Assembly: GCF_001194135.2 (NCBI RefSeq)
Contig: NC_068984.1
Coordinates: forward strand, 5,257,365 to 5,320,822
From: Octopus bimaculoides
Taxonomy: Eukaryota
Direction: 5' to 3'
DNA length: 63,458 bases
Under the pieces are notes generated by a model. The model worked only from the letters and a program-made list of their open reading frames with translations. It searched no databases and was not told where the DNA came from. This document shows, piece after piece, positions 13,000-26,370 of the stretch; the stretch's first letter is position 1, and each line of letters starts with the position of its first letter. The translations under genes and the position numbers were made by a program.

Positions 13000-13300
13000 T
13001 ATGTACCTTATATATTCTCGTTATTACCAGCAAGGCGGCGGTCGGTGTACCCGCGCTTATGTGAAGACGTGCTCGAGTCCGTGCGCGTGCTGTTGTGGCC
13101 ATAACCTTGCTGACCTGCCTCCGTATTATTTGCCCACCCAGCCTCTTCCCTCTCGCAAGTCCACGTAAGGTGTGACCTACTTCCTCGGTCAACAGTTCAC
13201 CTGGTTTCTCACTAACAACAGTCCACCTTTGCGATTGCGGGAACTCCTTCTACCCTTCCTCCTGCCGGTCCCCTTCCACCTCCCCCACTAACTTTCTGCG
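13000..13300 (-). mobile_element. Possible decayed non-LTR retrotransposon RT C-terminal fragment
   Basis: Peptide RLHISAGTPTAALLVITRI loosely resembles the ITG..TPT.AL.V motif of I/R1-like RTs; weak. Confidence 0.3.
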
Positions 13301-13771
13301 TCTCGGATATTTAAATTAGTTCAGTGCATCTTTGTAAATTGTACTTCTCGCATCATCGTCAGACGATGAGAGATGCTGGCTTATGCATTCTGTCCTCATA
13401 TGCTGCATCTGCAGATTGCATCAATTTTGTGACATCATCTGTTACCGAATACTGAAGAATATGGAACAAATGAAACAATGGTGTACCATGTCCTTTTCTC
13501 TCTAATTATAGATGAGAGGCCAACGTCAGATGGCGCAGGACACCGTGTAAAACTCGTGATGGCGAGAGTTTAACGCGATTAAAAATAAGAGCCGAAACCT
13601 GAATGAAATAATCGCTGCACGCAGCGCACGTGTGTGTTTGTGTGTTTGTGAGTATATATGTGTGTATGTTTGTACGAGCGTGCATGTGTGGGCGCGTGTG
13701 TGTGTATACAACCACACACACACACACACACTTACACACACACTCACACACGCACATACGTACACACACGT

Positions 13772-14310
13772 CCGGACTATTGTTATCAACTGTGGTGACC
13801 CTACAATATCAAATTAAGAAGATTGGAACACCTGAGCTACTGAGACAGTCTGAAAGAGTTACGACTTTACTCTCTGGAGCGAAGTCTGCAGTGATATACG
13901 AATGGAAGTTCCTGAAGGGGTTGGCAGCAAACTTTGGTACCGAGAGCGATACCAGTCCCCCAACTGGACGTCACTGCTCTGATGCAAAGATCCCAGCTTT
14001 CCCGTCTAGTTTAAAAAAACATGTACTGCAATAGCTTGGGCTATTTAACGCTCACAGCTATTTAACGCCCAAACAACTCAGGGATCTCCATGGAGGAAGA
14101 GTAGATGTTTTCAAGAAACAACTTGACTTCCTACTATTCAAGGTCCCACATGAACCAATACGAAAGCAGGAAACTCAAAAGAGGGCAGCAGTGTTGAAAT
14201 CACACATTCACCAAAAGTCGATCACAAGCGATTGGCCATCGAAAACATGATTACATTGGCGATGCTCCAGCATGGTCACACCCTTAGAGCTGAAACGTAT
14301 AAAAGAATAA
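13772..14310 (+). mobile_element. CR1-like LINE 3' fragment (family 1) with terminus
   Basis: PDYCYQLW*P...LSY*DSLKELRLYSLER...IYEWKFLKGL...TGRHC...LRDLHG..VDVFKKQLD; ends ggcgatgctccagcatgg...gctgaaac. Confidence 0.85.
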
Positions 14311-14315
14311 CACAG

Positions 14316-14360
<45 letters not shown>

Positions 14361-14400
14361 GTATTAATAGTAATAGTATGACAACACACACACACACACA

Positions 14401-14865
14401 TAAAGCCTTGAAACTCTACTCTCTCCAGCACCGCCGCGAACGGTACATCATCTGTACGATGTGGAGAATATACCGCCAGCATTGCCCAAATGACCTGGAC
14501 ATTAGTTTCAAGGTTCATCCAAGGCTGGGTCCACGGGCCATAATCCCCTGCTCAATTAAGGATCATAACATATAGGTACACTGCGACATAGCTTCTCTTC
14601 CTCAACAAGCCCTGCCCTGTTTAACATTGTCTCAAAAGAAATCAAAGAGGAAAAGGATCCCATCACCTTTAAACGGAATCTGGACAAATTTCTTCAAGGA
14701 ATATCAGATAAGCCACCCATACCTGGATACAATTCATTTAACAAGAACTTCATATTGGAATGGACCATTATACCACAAAAGTCGACTTAAAAAGGATTTA
14801 CATGATCCTATCAGGTGGTGCTTTTAAGTCAGACATGGCCTGGACCAATCTTTGGTCGAAACATA
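14401..14865 (+). mobile_element. CR1-like LINE 3' fragment (family 2)
   Basis: LKLYSLQHRRERYIICTMWRI...ALFNIVSKEIK...FKRNLDKFLQGISDKP. Confidence 0.85.
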
Positions 14866-14877
14866 TCTTACTTTTAT

Positions 14878-14937
<60 letters not shown>

Positions 14938-15376
14938 TTAAAATTATAATTTAGGGTATCTAAGAGACACCACCACGATGAAAATAGCAATCAAACTTGA
15001 CTCTAAAACCACATTAAATGTTCATACAGCACCAGGAGAGAAGACGAAGAGACAAAATAAACAAGCAAAAATTACTGGATAATTCCAGATCCTGGACTTC
15101 TGGCTCTCCATAGGAAATGCTCTGCCTTCATCAGTGGAATATACTCAGAAAAGCACATAAATACAAATATATATATATATATATATTCCACATACGAAGA
15201 CTTACATACACAAACGTATACATATATATGCACGTATGCACACGACCAGTTTAAATTGCCCGCCTAAAAACATAGAAAACGAACTTTTTTGCGAACATCT
15301 AAAACAAACAGGGAAACGAGACATGCAACATAAAGAGTATACTCCTTCGTCAGTTGCCCGTTTCAGCTCCTCCGCG

Positions 15377-15432
<56 letters not shown>

Positions 15433-15435
15433 TAC

Positions 15436-15484
<49 letters not shown>

Positions 15485-16290
15485 CATATATATATTCCTG
15501 TTTGTCTTATCTTGCATATATATACATATATATATTCCTGTTTGTCTTATCTTGTCTTATCTTACCATCCTCAGATCTGACCTCAGCACACATTTCTTCT
15601 TCCCATCTCATCTTCTTTTACAGATACATCCTACTTATCGCCACTTGATACTTTATTAGCCACCAGCTAACATCGTTTTACTGGAGATATATTAATTCTA
15701 TGCTAATCGCTCTGATACAGCAATAAATAAACTAATACCTTTATTTGTTCTTCATATATTTTTCTTCAACCTGTTAAAGTGCAATAACTGTGAGGCATTA
15801 CATCTCTCATGCACTGAATATTTTAGTCACGAGATAAAAGTTTGTCTTTACGTTATACGACCGACGAAGAACGTAACTCTATCTCTATTCGTCGCTGTTT
15901 ACTTGATTTCAAAACAATAAGGTCTAGCTCTTTCTTTACGGTTGGCTGGTTAAAATCTAAGGAAGTTAGCCAGCTGTAAAATACAGTTGCTTCAAGTAAA
16001 GCTATTCCGCTAGTGCTAACATAGACAATAGTTATAGATAAACATTAGGAGAAAAAAAAATCGTAATAATCTAACAATATCGTTTTCCGATATTAGATAT
16101 TATGGGATGTTGTATGTTCTTTAACAATTATCCAATATTTTTGAAATATGGCAATCTGGTTCACGTAGATTCCTCTGGACATAATTTCATACTTGAGAAC
16201 AGATTAAGGTCAGACGAGTTATCGGATGATTAAATACACATATGAAACTTATTGTTATTGCTGTTACTACCACTGCTGCTGCTGCAGTAT

Positions 16291-16332
16291 CTACTACTAC
16301 TACTACTACTACTACTACTCCTCCTCCTCCTC

Positions 16333-16387
<55 letters not shown>

Positions 16388-16390
16388 CAT
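16291..16390. repeat. (CTA)n/(CTC)n trinucleotide tract
   Basis: Read directly. Confidence 0.95.
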
Positions 16391-16559
16391 TATTATTGTT
16401 ATGTGTTGTTGTTGATAAGACACGAGACGAAATTTTGGTTGGAAAATGAGTAAATGATTTAGTAGACAATATATATTACTGGTATGTACGAGTATAAGTG
16501 TTTCTGAGAAAAAATCCCTAAGAAAAAACTTAAATTAGGCAGTCCCAATAATCAAGATT

Positions 16560-17740
16560 TGCCCTACCATTTATTTTCTTGGTGATTGCTTCTTGGAGTG
16601 CCTCAATTCTTGTAATGTTATGTTTTGTATAAAAAGACCACAGTGGAAAGCAATTTTCTAGATGTGAGCATATAGAGGAGGAGAAAATGGAATGATGACA
16701 TCTGGTTGTCTGAACTAGAAACTTCTGTATATCTTAGAACTCATTCTGTGAGCCATATCGACCAAATTTGATTACTGTCAGCAATTACTACTAATTCACT
16801 GATTTTACTGGATGCTTTGCGCAATTCTGAAGGAAAAGAGCATGGAGATTTGAGCGCATTCACTCAAATCTTCCCTCATTTAACGTCAGGTTGTTTCTGT
16901 CGCAGAACGGACTGGAGTTTAATACGGTTGTCTTTTCCATTGATAAATCTTTAGTAGCTTGGAGTCAACTGCAAATATTTTTCATTTTGCTGTGCTTCAT
17001 GGCATTTGTAATGTCGTTTTACATAGACTATGAAAAGAAGTGGGCTCAACACAGTCCCTTGGAGAACACTACTTCTGATTTTTCTGAGCTTGGGTGGATT
17101 CCATTGATCTCAACTTGTAGGGTTCTGTTCATATGAAAATACTTGATCCAGTTCAGCAGACTGCTACGGATTCCACGATTTTGTCGAAGGTTTTTCTGAA
17201 ATCAAAATATATTACATCAGCGTTCGAGCTCGTTCTCAGAGCTTTAAGGACATCATCGATGTGATATAAAGGGTTTATCAAATAGTTTCTGGTGCAACAA
17301 AAGCTATACGAATTGGAATTGGCGAGCTTGCTACTCTCTAAAAACCAGTTATTCTTCATCTCACAACCCTTTCAAAATTTTCGATGATGTAAGAGATGAA
17401 AGATATTGGGCAATATTTAATGGCTAGAGTGATGTACACCTTTTTGAAAACTGGGATGACAGATTCGGATACGAAATGCTCCGCTTTATAGCTTAAGTGT
17501 AAAGATTTTCTCGAGATTTTGGTTAGAGGGGTTGCAGTCCTTCAGGACACTAGCAAGGAATGTGTCAGAGTCTATTGCCGAATAACGTTTGGTTTTATTT
17601 ATTGCTGCAGTAATGTGTGAGGCAGGGACAATAATGGCAGAGACGGTATATGTAGGGGTTTGAATCCGTTGGAATATGTCAATATCAGTGGAACTCGTTG
17701 ATTGAAGGAGAGGCCATAGGTAAGATTTTCATTCACATTC
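16560..17740 (-). mobile_element. CR1-like LINE ORF2 reverse-transcriptase fragment with stops and frameshifts
   Basis: ADVIYFDFRKTFDK, VLQGTVLSPLLFIVY, IFAVDSKL (degenerate ADD motif), HLENCFPLWS...RIEALQEAITKKI. Confidence 0.85.
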
Positions 17741-17866
17741 TCTGTTCTAAATTTACCCCGTAAGCACAGAAACGCTATCTGAGTTCATACAAACTTGAAA
17801 TGACAGATACGACCATACCTATATCTATATCCCTATCTGTCTGTCTGGGCGTCCATCTGTCCGTCC

Positions 17867-17910
<44 letters not shown>

Positions 17911-18323
17911 GTCTGTCTGTCTGTCTGTCTGTTGATTTACATATTATATGTGTTGTGTGTCTTTGTATTTAAGAAAGAAAGAGAGAGAGAGAGAGAGAGT
18001 TTGTGTGTGTGTATGTGTGTGCGCGTGCGTGTGTGCGTGTGTGTCTGAGTGTGTAGGTGTGTGCGTGTGTATCTGTTAATGCGTTTCATCCGAAAGGAGC
18101 AGCGCTAGTGTTATAACCTTTTCAATGGTCATTGTTTTGTGACTGGATTCTAAGGAAGGAGGGACTTCAAATTTGCTGCCCTCTTTTGAGTTTCTTACTC
18201 TGGTGTAGGTTCATCTGAGAACATGTACAGAAGGAGGTCAAGTTGTTTCTTCAAAACATCTACCCCTACTCCATGTAAATCTCTCAGATGTTTCGGCAAG
18301 GAATTAAACACACACACACACGT

Positions 18324-18461
<138 letters not shown>

Positions 18462-18551
18462 ATAATGTATATACTTATATATCACTATCTATCCGTCTAT
18501 GTATCAATATTTGTGTAATTATAGCTACGTCTCTCTCTCTCTCTCTCATTG

Positions 18552-18586
<35 letters not shown>

Positions 18587-19224
18587 NNNNNNNNNNATAT
18601 ATGTGTGTATGTGTGTGTGTGTGTGTGTGTGCGTGTGTGTGCGTGTGTGTATGCGCGTAAATATATGTGATTGTGTATGTGCGTCTATTTAGCTAGTATT
18701 TATTATAGTTTTATTGTTAGCTCCCATGGTTTGCTTGTACGACTTTCTCTAGCACCAACAATTAAAGAATGAAAAATCCATTTTATTGATATATTAATAG
18801 AGTTTATTAGTAAATTCAATAAGTATTTCTTAATAAATGATCAGATAATAGCTATGAAATGTTTAATTGAGTAGCCTACAGCAGGAGATTTAATTCCGTA
18901 TTGAGCAGAGCTAACAACACTAGATGTTTAAGTATTTTCCAGTTACTATCGTATACGGATATCATATATTTTATTTAAAATTACACTTTATGAAAGAGCA
19001 ATTTGATTGCTTAGGTTGAAGACAGTCTGTTCTTTATAGCGATATTTATAACCTTCAATGCAAAATATGAGAAACTGTTCAAATAATTATTTAGTGCAAC
19101 ATTCGACTTTTTTTTTAATGAACGATTTTTATTAGTGGTACAGAAATAAGTTTCATACCATAATTAATTCTATGTAGTAATTATATATACATATGCACGG
19201 AAACACACGCACACACATATTCAC

Positions 19225-19265
<41 letters not shown>

Positions 19266-19309
19266 CATACATACACGTACATATATTTACATATACACAA
19301 ACACATATG

Positions 19310-19357
<48 letters not shown>

Positions 19358-19624
19358 TGTAGCTATGTATTTTCGATGACATATTTTTAGTTCACAAGTA
19401 TTTCACACTAAAGCTAAATATATATTCTTCTATATAATTAATAAAATCAGTTGGTCTGTAATATATTATTCAATTTAGCCATATTTCTTATGGAAGTTGG
19501 AAATTGCATAATGTGTACATATATGCATATATATATGTATGTCCGCAGAAGACATGATAGATCGTTGACCAAACACCATTCAATTTTGTTTTTCTCTGTG
19601 TTTTTCTCCTTGTTTTCTCCGTAT

Positions 19625-19661
19625 TCTTTCTGTTGAAGAGCGTAGCTCGAAACGTTAAAGA
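19625..19661 (+). ncRNA. Minimal type I hammerhead-ribozyme-like motif (CUGUUGA core variant) in a Penelope-like repeat remnant
   Basis: UCUUU-CUGUUGA-A-GAGC(GUA)GCUC-GAAA-CGUU-AAAGA; stems I and II pair fully; repeat continues to about 19720 and recurs at 61450-61535. Confidence 0.55.
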
Positions 19662-19740
19662 CTTTCTGTATTCCCGAGCGTCAAACTAATACATTCTTTT
19701 GTTGTTTACACCACCTGTTGTTTTTTTTTCGTACATTCTC

Positions 19741-19787
<47 letters not shown>

Positions 19788-20220
19788 TATTTGGGCACAG
19801 GACGTCATGAAACGTGTTCAACAAAAAAAGTACGAAGTACGAGTACATGGAATATGAACGATTTTTTCGAAAAGCGAAAGACACAGATGGAAAACAAGAC
19901 AAACAATATAGAGAACGACCCTTCATCAGTTGTTGGCTGTTTTTCTAGTCTCGTATTTCGACCATTTAACAACAATATACGCTTTCGATAAAACAGTTGC
20001 TCCCGCAAAGCAAATTAAATAAAATTTGGGATTTTGCGGAGGGTCAAAATTGGTAACACAAACACGACAGTGAAAGCAAACAGGAAGGGCTGCTAAGTCT
20101 AAACCAGGTTGTGGTGGCGAACGCGTAAATCAAGCTTGGACAGACATCCATGTGAGCATGCATCTGTGTATACACAAACACTCGCAAACACACGCACATA
20201 TATATGCAAGTAAAGATGGA

Positions 20221-20392
20221 CAGCATTTCGCCTGCCTCTACGTTCTGAGTTCAAATAGCGCAGAGGTCGACTCTGCTTTTTATACTTTCGGGGTCGATGA
20301 AATAAGTAGCAGCTGAGTATTGGGGACGCTGCAATTGACTTATCACCCTCCTCCGAAATTGCTGGCCTTGGGCCAAAATTTGAAACCAGTTA
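20221..20392 (+). mobile_element. SINE family B, 5'-truncated
   Basis: cagcatttcgcc...gagttcaaat...gaggtcgac...ggccttgggccaaaatttgaaacc. Confidence 0.8.
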
Positions 20393-20598
20393 CAGTAATC
20401 CCTTGACTATCGCGGGTGTAAGGTTCCAAAACCTACCAGAGAATTAATTAAAATCTAAAATAAATACAAATATCTATCGGCTTCAGAAACCCGCGATATA
20501 CTGACGAGTCCGCGATATAAATTTACATATATTAGCCAAACAAATCCGCAATGTACTAAATACGTGATAGATGAACCGTGATATGGGTGGGATTACTG
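20393..20598. mobile_element. pogo/Tigger-like MITE
   Basis: TIRs cagtaatccc / gggattactg; TA on the left, TG on the right (possible mutated TA TSD). Confidence 0.7.
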
Positions 20599-20680
20599 TG
20601 CCTCATTGTTATAAACAGAGTATAGTATATATTTTATTTCAAGATATAAGATTATTTAAAATACTGTTACATATATATAA

Positions 20681-20855
20681 GCGCAGGCCTGGCTGTGTAG
20701 TAAGTAGCTTGCTTACCAACTACATGGTTCCGGGTTCAGTCCCACTGCGTCGCACCTTGGGCAAGTGTCTTCTACTATAGCCTCGGGCTGACCAAAGCCT
20801 TGTGAGTGGATTTGATAGACGGAAACTGAAAGAAGCCCGTCGTATGTATATATAC

Positions 20856-20902
<47 letters not shown>

Positions 20903-21122
20903 CGTGCGCGTGTATATGTTTGTGTGTCTGTGTTTGTCCCTCTAACATCGCTTGACAACCGATGCTGGTGTGTTTACGTAGCTGTAACCTAGAAGTTCGG
21001 CAAAAAAGGTTGATAAAATAGGTACTAGGCTTACAATGAATAAGTTATGGGTTCGATTTTCTCGACTAAAGGCGGTGCTCCAGCGTGGCCGCAATCACAT
21101 GACTGAAACAAATAAAAGAATA
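20681..21122 (+). mobile_element. tRNA-headed SINE family A, full length with internal (GT)n
   Basis: gcgcagg..ggctgtgtagtaag A box, gggttcagtccc B box, ccttgggcaagt core, tail ggcggtgctccagcgtggccgc...tgactgaaac. Confidence 0.92.
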
Positions 21123-21750
21123 TAACCTGGCCACAATGTCAAAAATTAGTGGGCCGTGGCACGCTCGATATACTAGGGTACTTTCGAGTGGTACTTCTCT
21201 TTTTATCTAGAAAGATGTAAGTCTATATAGGTTAATCTACGGCAGAATTTGAACTGGGAACGTACAGTGATGTAACGAAGCATCACCAAAATCCTCTAAC
21301 AACTCATCTATCATGCCCCTCTCAGAGAATTAATTAGTTAAAGTAATCGTGTCTAACATGAACATATTGACTTTAAGATTTGCTGAATCTTCTGACCGCA
21401 TCGTACGTGGCTCGTCTCGTACGGTTTTCTCTAGATTCTTATTGATTGCTTATATCTTTGAAACACACGAGCAAACCTGACAATTTGTGATAGTAACTAG
21501 TATAGTTTTTTTGTTTTTTAATTAATAGAGAATAAGAAATATAATTAGGTCTGGCTGTAATTACAACAATAACAATAACATGGAACTAATTGCCTGTGTA
21601 TCCACTCTTCCTTACTGTAATTAAAATACTGTACACAAAAGGGAGAAAAAAAATTGACGGCAGCATTTTGCTGTTAGTGAAGCACTTTTTTTTGTTTATC
21701 ATTATAGACATATATGTAAATGAGTCTGAAGAAATAGATACACACACACA

Positions 21751-21791
<41 letters not shown>

Positions 21792-22090
21792 ACGCACACA
21801 TTTCTGTATATTTCATTTAGAAATATTAACGAAAGTATATATGATTATGCACTCACATATGCATCCGCATGTCTATCTGTGTGTATATTATTTATGAATT
21901 TGTATATGCTTGTCTGCACACATGATGTAATATGATATACACCTAAGCAGATACACTCAAAATACATGAATGTTGCTTTTAAAATAAATAACTAATTTAC
22001 CTGAGACACGGCGTTGTTTCAATTGCAAACACGATCTTATTAGCGGAGAAAAAATATGTGGAGTCACAACAAAGGTGGAATCACAGCAAA

Positions 22091-22483
22091 GGTGCAGGAG
22101 TGGCTGTGTGGTAAGAAGCTTGCTTACCAACTACATGGCTCCGGGTTCAGTTCCACTGCGTGGCACCTTCGGCAAGTGTCTTCTTCTATAGCCTCGGGCC
22201 GACCAAAGCCTTGTGAGTGGATTTGATTGATGGAATCTGAAAGAAGCCTGTCGTAATATATGTAGATATATATATGTATGTGTTTGTGTGTCTGTGTTTG
22301 TCCCCCCCACCATCGCTTGACAACCGATGTTGGTGTGTTTACGTCCCTGTAACCAAGCGGTTTGGCAAAAGAGACCTATAGAATAAGTTTAGGCATGCAA
22401 GTCCTGGGGTTCGAATTGTTCGACTAAAGGCGGTGCTCCAGCATGGCCGCAGGCAAATGACTGAAACAAATAAAATAATAAAA
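22091..22483 (+). mobile_element. SINE family A, full length
   Basis: Colinear with 20681-21122. Confidence 0.92.
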
Positions 22484-22889
22484 GCTTATTTAAAGGCCAT
22501 ATATATTATATATGCACACCACATGTGCATTGCAGCACTGTTGATGAATGAACCAGCAATCACAACAAGTTCGCTTGGCAGGAGAATGACTTCGGGATAT
22601 ATCCTACCGCTTAAACAAATGAAACCCCCCAAATCAGTCGAACAAACCCAAGAGAATCAACGGCCATCTTATTGTTGACTAGAATATTTGTGGCATTATC
22701 TCAAATGGACAGAGATACAAGACACTATAGATTCCTGCAGGCTCACCATGACAATGTTTGTCTAATGGGTATGTCTTCGTTTACCCAGGCCAGCTGAGCA
22801 CAATGGAGTTCATATAGAGCGAGCTTCTAGTGAGCGCAAATATATTATCTCAACTGTTTTACAATCATTCCTATGCAACGGTACACGTA

Positions 22890-23368
22890 CGGGATGCCGA
22901 ATTCACTTTTGCCGAATGACAAGCCGAACGGACACAGTGCCGAACGGATACAGTGCCGAACGGACATAAAGCCGAACGGACAAGATGCCGAACAGACATA
23001 AGAAAATTAAAATCTAATCTCGTTAAATCTTAAGTGCCAAATTGGTGAATCGGTCATTAAACTATGTAGGTAGGAATGTTTTTTTTTTATTATTGTGTCC
23101 GTTCGGTTTTAGGTTCCTTTGGCATTGTGTCCGTTTAGCTTTATGTCCGTTCGGCATTGTGTCCCTTCAGCTTCATGTCTGTTCGGCATTGTGTCCGTTC
23201 AGCTTTATGTCCATTCGGCATTGTGTCCGTTCAGCTTTATGTCTATTCGACATTGTGTCCGTTCAACTTTAATTCCATTTGGAATTGTGTCCGTTCGGCA
23301 TTGCGTCCGTTCAGCTTCATGGCTTTGGCTTCTTGTCTTTGGGCAAAAGTGCGTTGGGTGTCCTGCCC
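22890..23368. mobile_element. Foldback-like MITE with inverted arrays of a 15-bp unit
   Basis: Left arm gccgaacggacacagt units; right arm ttcggcattgtgtcc / ttcagctttatgtcc units; cacttttgcc at both ends; candidate 9-bp TSD GTACACGTA / GTGCACGTA. Confidence 0.75.
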
Positions 23369-23619
23369 GTGCACGTATGCGACAATGCCTATAAGCACAC
23401 CGTCCTTATCAATCGTTTGGTCATATTTCCTCCGATTGCCCTGGTTTCTGCCCCAGTAAGCTGCAACGGAAACTTGAGGAATACTTGAATGTTGTAGACA
23501 AACGAGAAAAGTAATGACTTGAGATGCATATCACCCCTCAACCCGCAAGGGCATTAATGCTGAATAAATCCAACATAGAAAATCGGTTACAATTATGGTA
23601 TGAATGGGTTCTTTTGTAT

Positions 23620-24121
<502 letters not shown>

Positions 24122-24139
24122 TTGTGGGGAAGAGACCGT

Positions 24140-24402
24140 TGTAAATACTATACATCACAGCCCCAGGTCGACCCATGACTTGTCGAAGGATAAATGGAAA
24201 CTATGAAGAAGCTCTTTGGGCGGATTTGACCGGTGACTCATAAGACCATACGTGGCACATGTGTTAAGCTGATTGTACTTGAGAATAAGGTTAAGAGCTC
24301 AAGTCTCTTCGGAATACTCAACCACTTACATGTTAATTTGAACGAATTGGTTGTTCGGTTAAATGAATGAGGAAATGATCTCCCTCAACAACGACGGATG
24401 CT
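24140..24402 (+). mobile_element. Old SINE with an A-like central part and a C-like tail
   Basis: cagccccaggtcgacc...ggaaactatgaagaagc followed by tactcaaccacttacatgttaat...aacgacggatgc. Confidence 0.5.
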
Positions 24403-24408
24403 CTACCA

Positions 24409-24489
24409 TCACCATCATCATCATCATCGTCATCATCATCATCATCATCGTCGTCGTCATCGTCGTCATCATCATCATCATCGTCATCG

Positions 24490-24525
<36 letters not shown>

Positions 24526-24570
24526 GAACTGCCACCACCACTACCACTCTCATTATCATCATCATCGCTA
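24409..24570. repeat. (CAT)n tract
   Basis: Read directly. Confidence 0.95.
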
Positions 24571-24762
24571 TCGCACTTTGTTCGACACCACCGTGTGTGG
24601 CCTTTGAAGCAAGTGTTTTCTGTTGTTGACTTGTCTAATGCCTGGTGAGTAGAAGTTGTTGTTGTTGTTGGTGGTGGTGGTGGTGGAAACTACAGAAGCT
24701 CATCGTATATGTACATGTGTGTGTGTGTGTGTGTGTGTTCTGTCGGTGTGTTAATACATATG

Positions 24763-24848
<86 letters not shown>

Positions 24849-24987
24849 AGTGTGGATGTGTATGTGCATGTGTGTAGACAGATAGCTAGATCAATGTGCA
24901 ATACGCACAAATACAATAGAGACGTTTAGAAAACGCTTTTATTTGAAAGTAGTTAGGATCACGAATTTGTTTCGATAACACGCAAAT

Positions 24988-25041
<54 letters not shown>

Positions 25042-25489
25042 AATTTATTTCAATAAACTCTGTCGTTACGAACAATGATTCTCCCTATTTGATGGTTTCT
25101 GTTTTGTACAATTATTGCTGTTGTTGCTCGTGTAATTAGAGTCAAAACTAATTAGATTTGCTATCCTTTTTTTTTTTAATTAGCAACAAGCTACTATTGC
25201 ATGTTTGTAAGCCTGTTTTAAAAAGACAACGATCAGCAAATAAGATGAGTTTACGTTGATTTTCTGGGTGTCAGGTCTTGTATGACGCCATTCAATTTCA
25301 ATGTACCTCGTTGACATTGTCAAAAGTACCTCGTCACATTGAAAAATGAATAAAGTGTTTTATCAGTGAGATTTCGACTTCTTGGAATGGAATACTTTTT
25401 CCAAAGAAATGTTCAATCACTCTTCATTTCGATTATTCCAATCAATCTAGTTACTTGTGAATCAGTTTTAAAGTATAATCCCATCATTC

Positions 25490-25770
25490 ACAAACGATCT
25501 CAGGGACTTTTGATCACATTGAAAGACGTGGTTAAAATGACACAGGGAAGAATTTGAAGAAAGATTCCTCAAGAAAACAGATAGGCAACCTAGGGGAAGA
25601 CAAAGAAAATGGTTGGATAATATCTAAAGTCTTATCTGGTCACACGTAGGAATCCAGTCGGAAAGTGTAATGCCGGTGGCTTCTGACAGGATCCTATCGT
25701 GAAGGTGTCTGTCTAAGGACTTTACCCATACGACTCTCCAAGGAAATCTACGAAGAGAAAACGTATAGAT
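25490..25770 (+). mobile_element. RTE-like LINE 3' fragment, decayed
   Basis: HIERRG...GRQRKWLDNI resembles the GH..R / GRPRKRW.DNI motifs. Confidence 0.55.
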
Positions 25771-26370
25771 GGACCATTTTGACCCTTTTGTTGCAAATAT
25801 TTCTTGCTGGAAACCAGTCCGGATCCGAGTCTACAAAGTCACGTGTCTATTTATGCTAAAACCACTCATCGTTACTTTTAAAACATTAATCTATATTCCA
25901 AACACCTAAGGAGTAAATACTTATATATCTATATATATGTATACATACATACTCATATATATATATGTCTGTGACGAAAAGCAAAGTTGGCCGCAGCGGA
26001 ATATGAACTCAGAAAATACCATAAAGTTTATTCCTGAGATTTAACTCTCCAGTTGATAATATATCGTTGAAATAAAATACAATGTTACAATGCATTATTG
26101 AAAGAGGTGTGCAAACATTATGATTTGTGTATGAAATCTGTTTTTCTACATTTTACACTGAAGAAGAACTAAGTTATTTTAGGAAATCCATGAAACTGTT
26201 TAATTATTTTCAAAAATTAATTGATAAGACAAATTGGAGAATATATTTCATTGTAGAATATATTCTAGCTACGTTTGTATTTACAACTATATGGCAAACT
26301 GTTGCATGCAAACAATTACCTGAAAACAAAATTTTGTGTTTCCAAACTTGGTATTTTACAAACAATACAA

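Noticed and set aside
12977-13192. Basic ORF superficially histone-like
   Set aside because: No alignment to any core histone fold; a retroelement relic or chance is more likely.
22890-23368. Regular short repeats that could suggest a CRISPR array
   Set aside because: Units are contiguous with no unique spacers, are arranged as inverted arms, and the context is eukaryotic with no cas genes.
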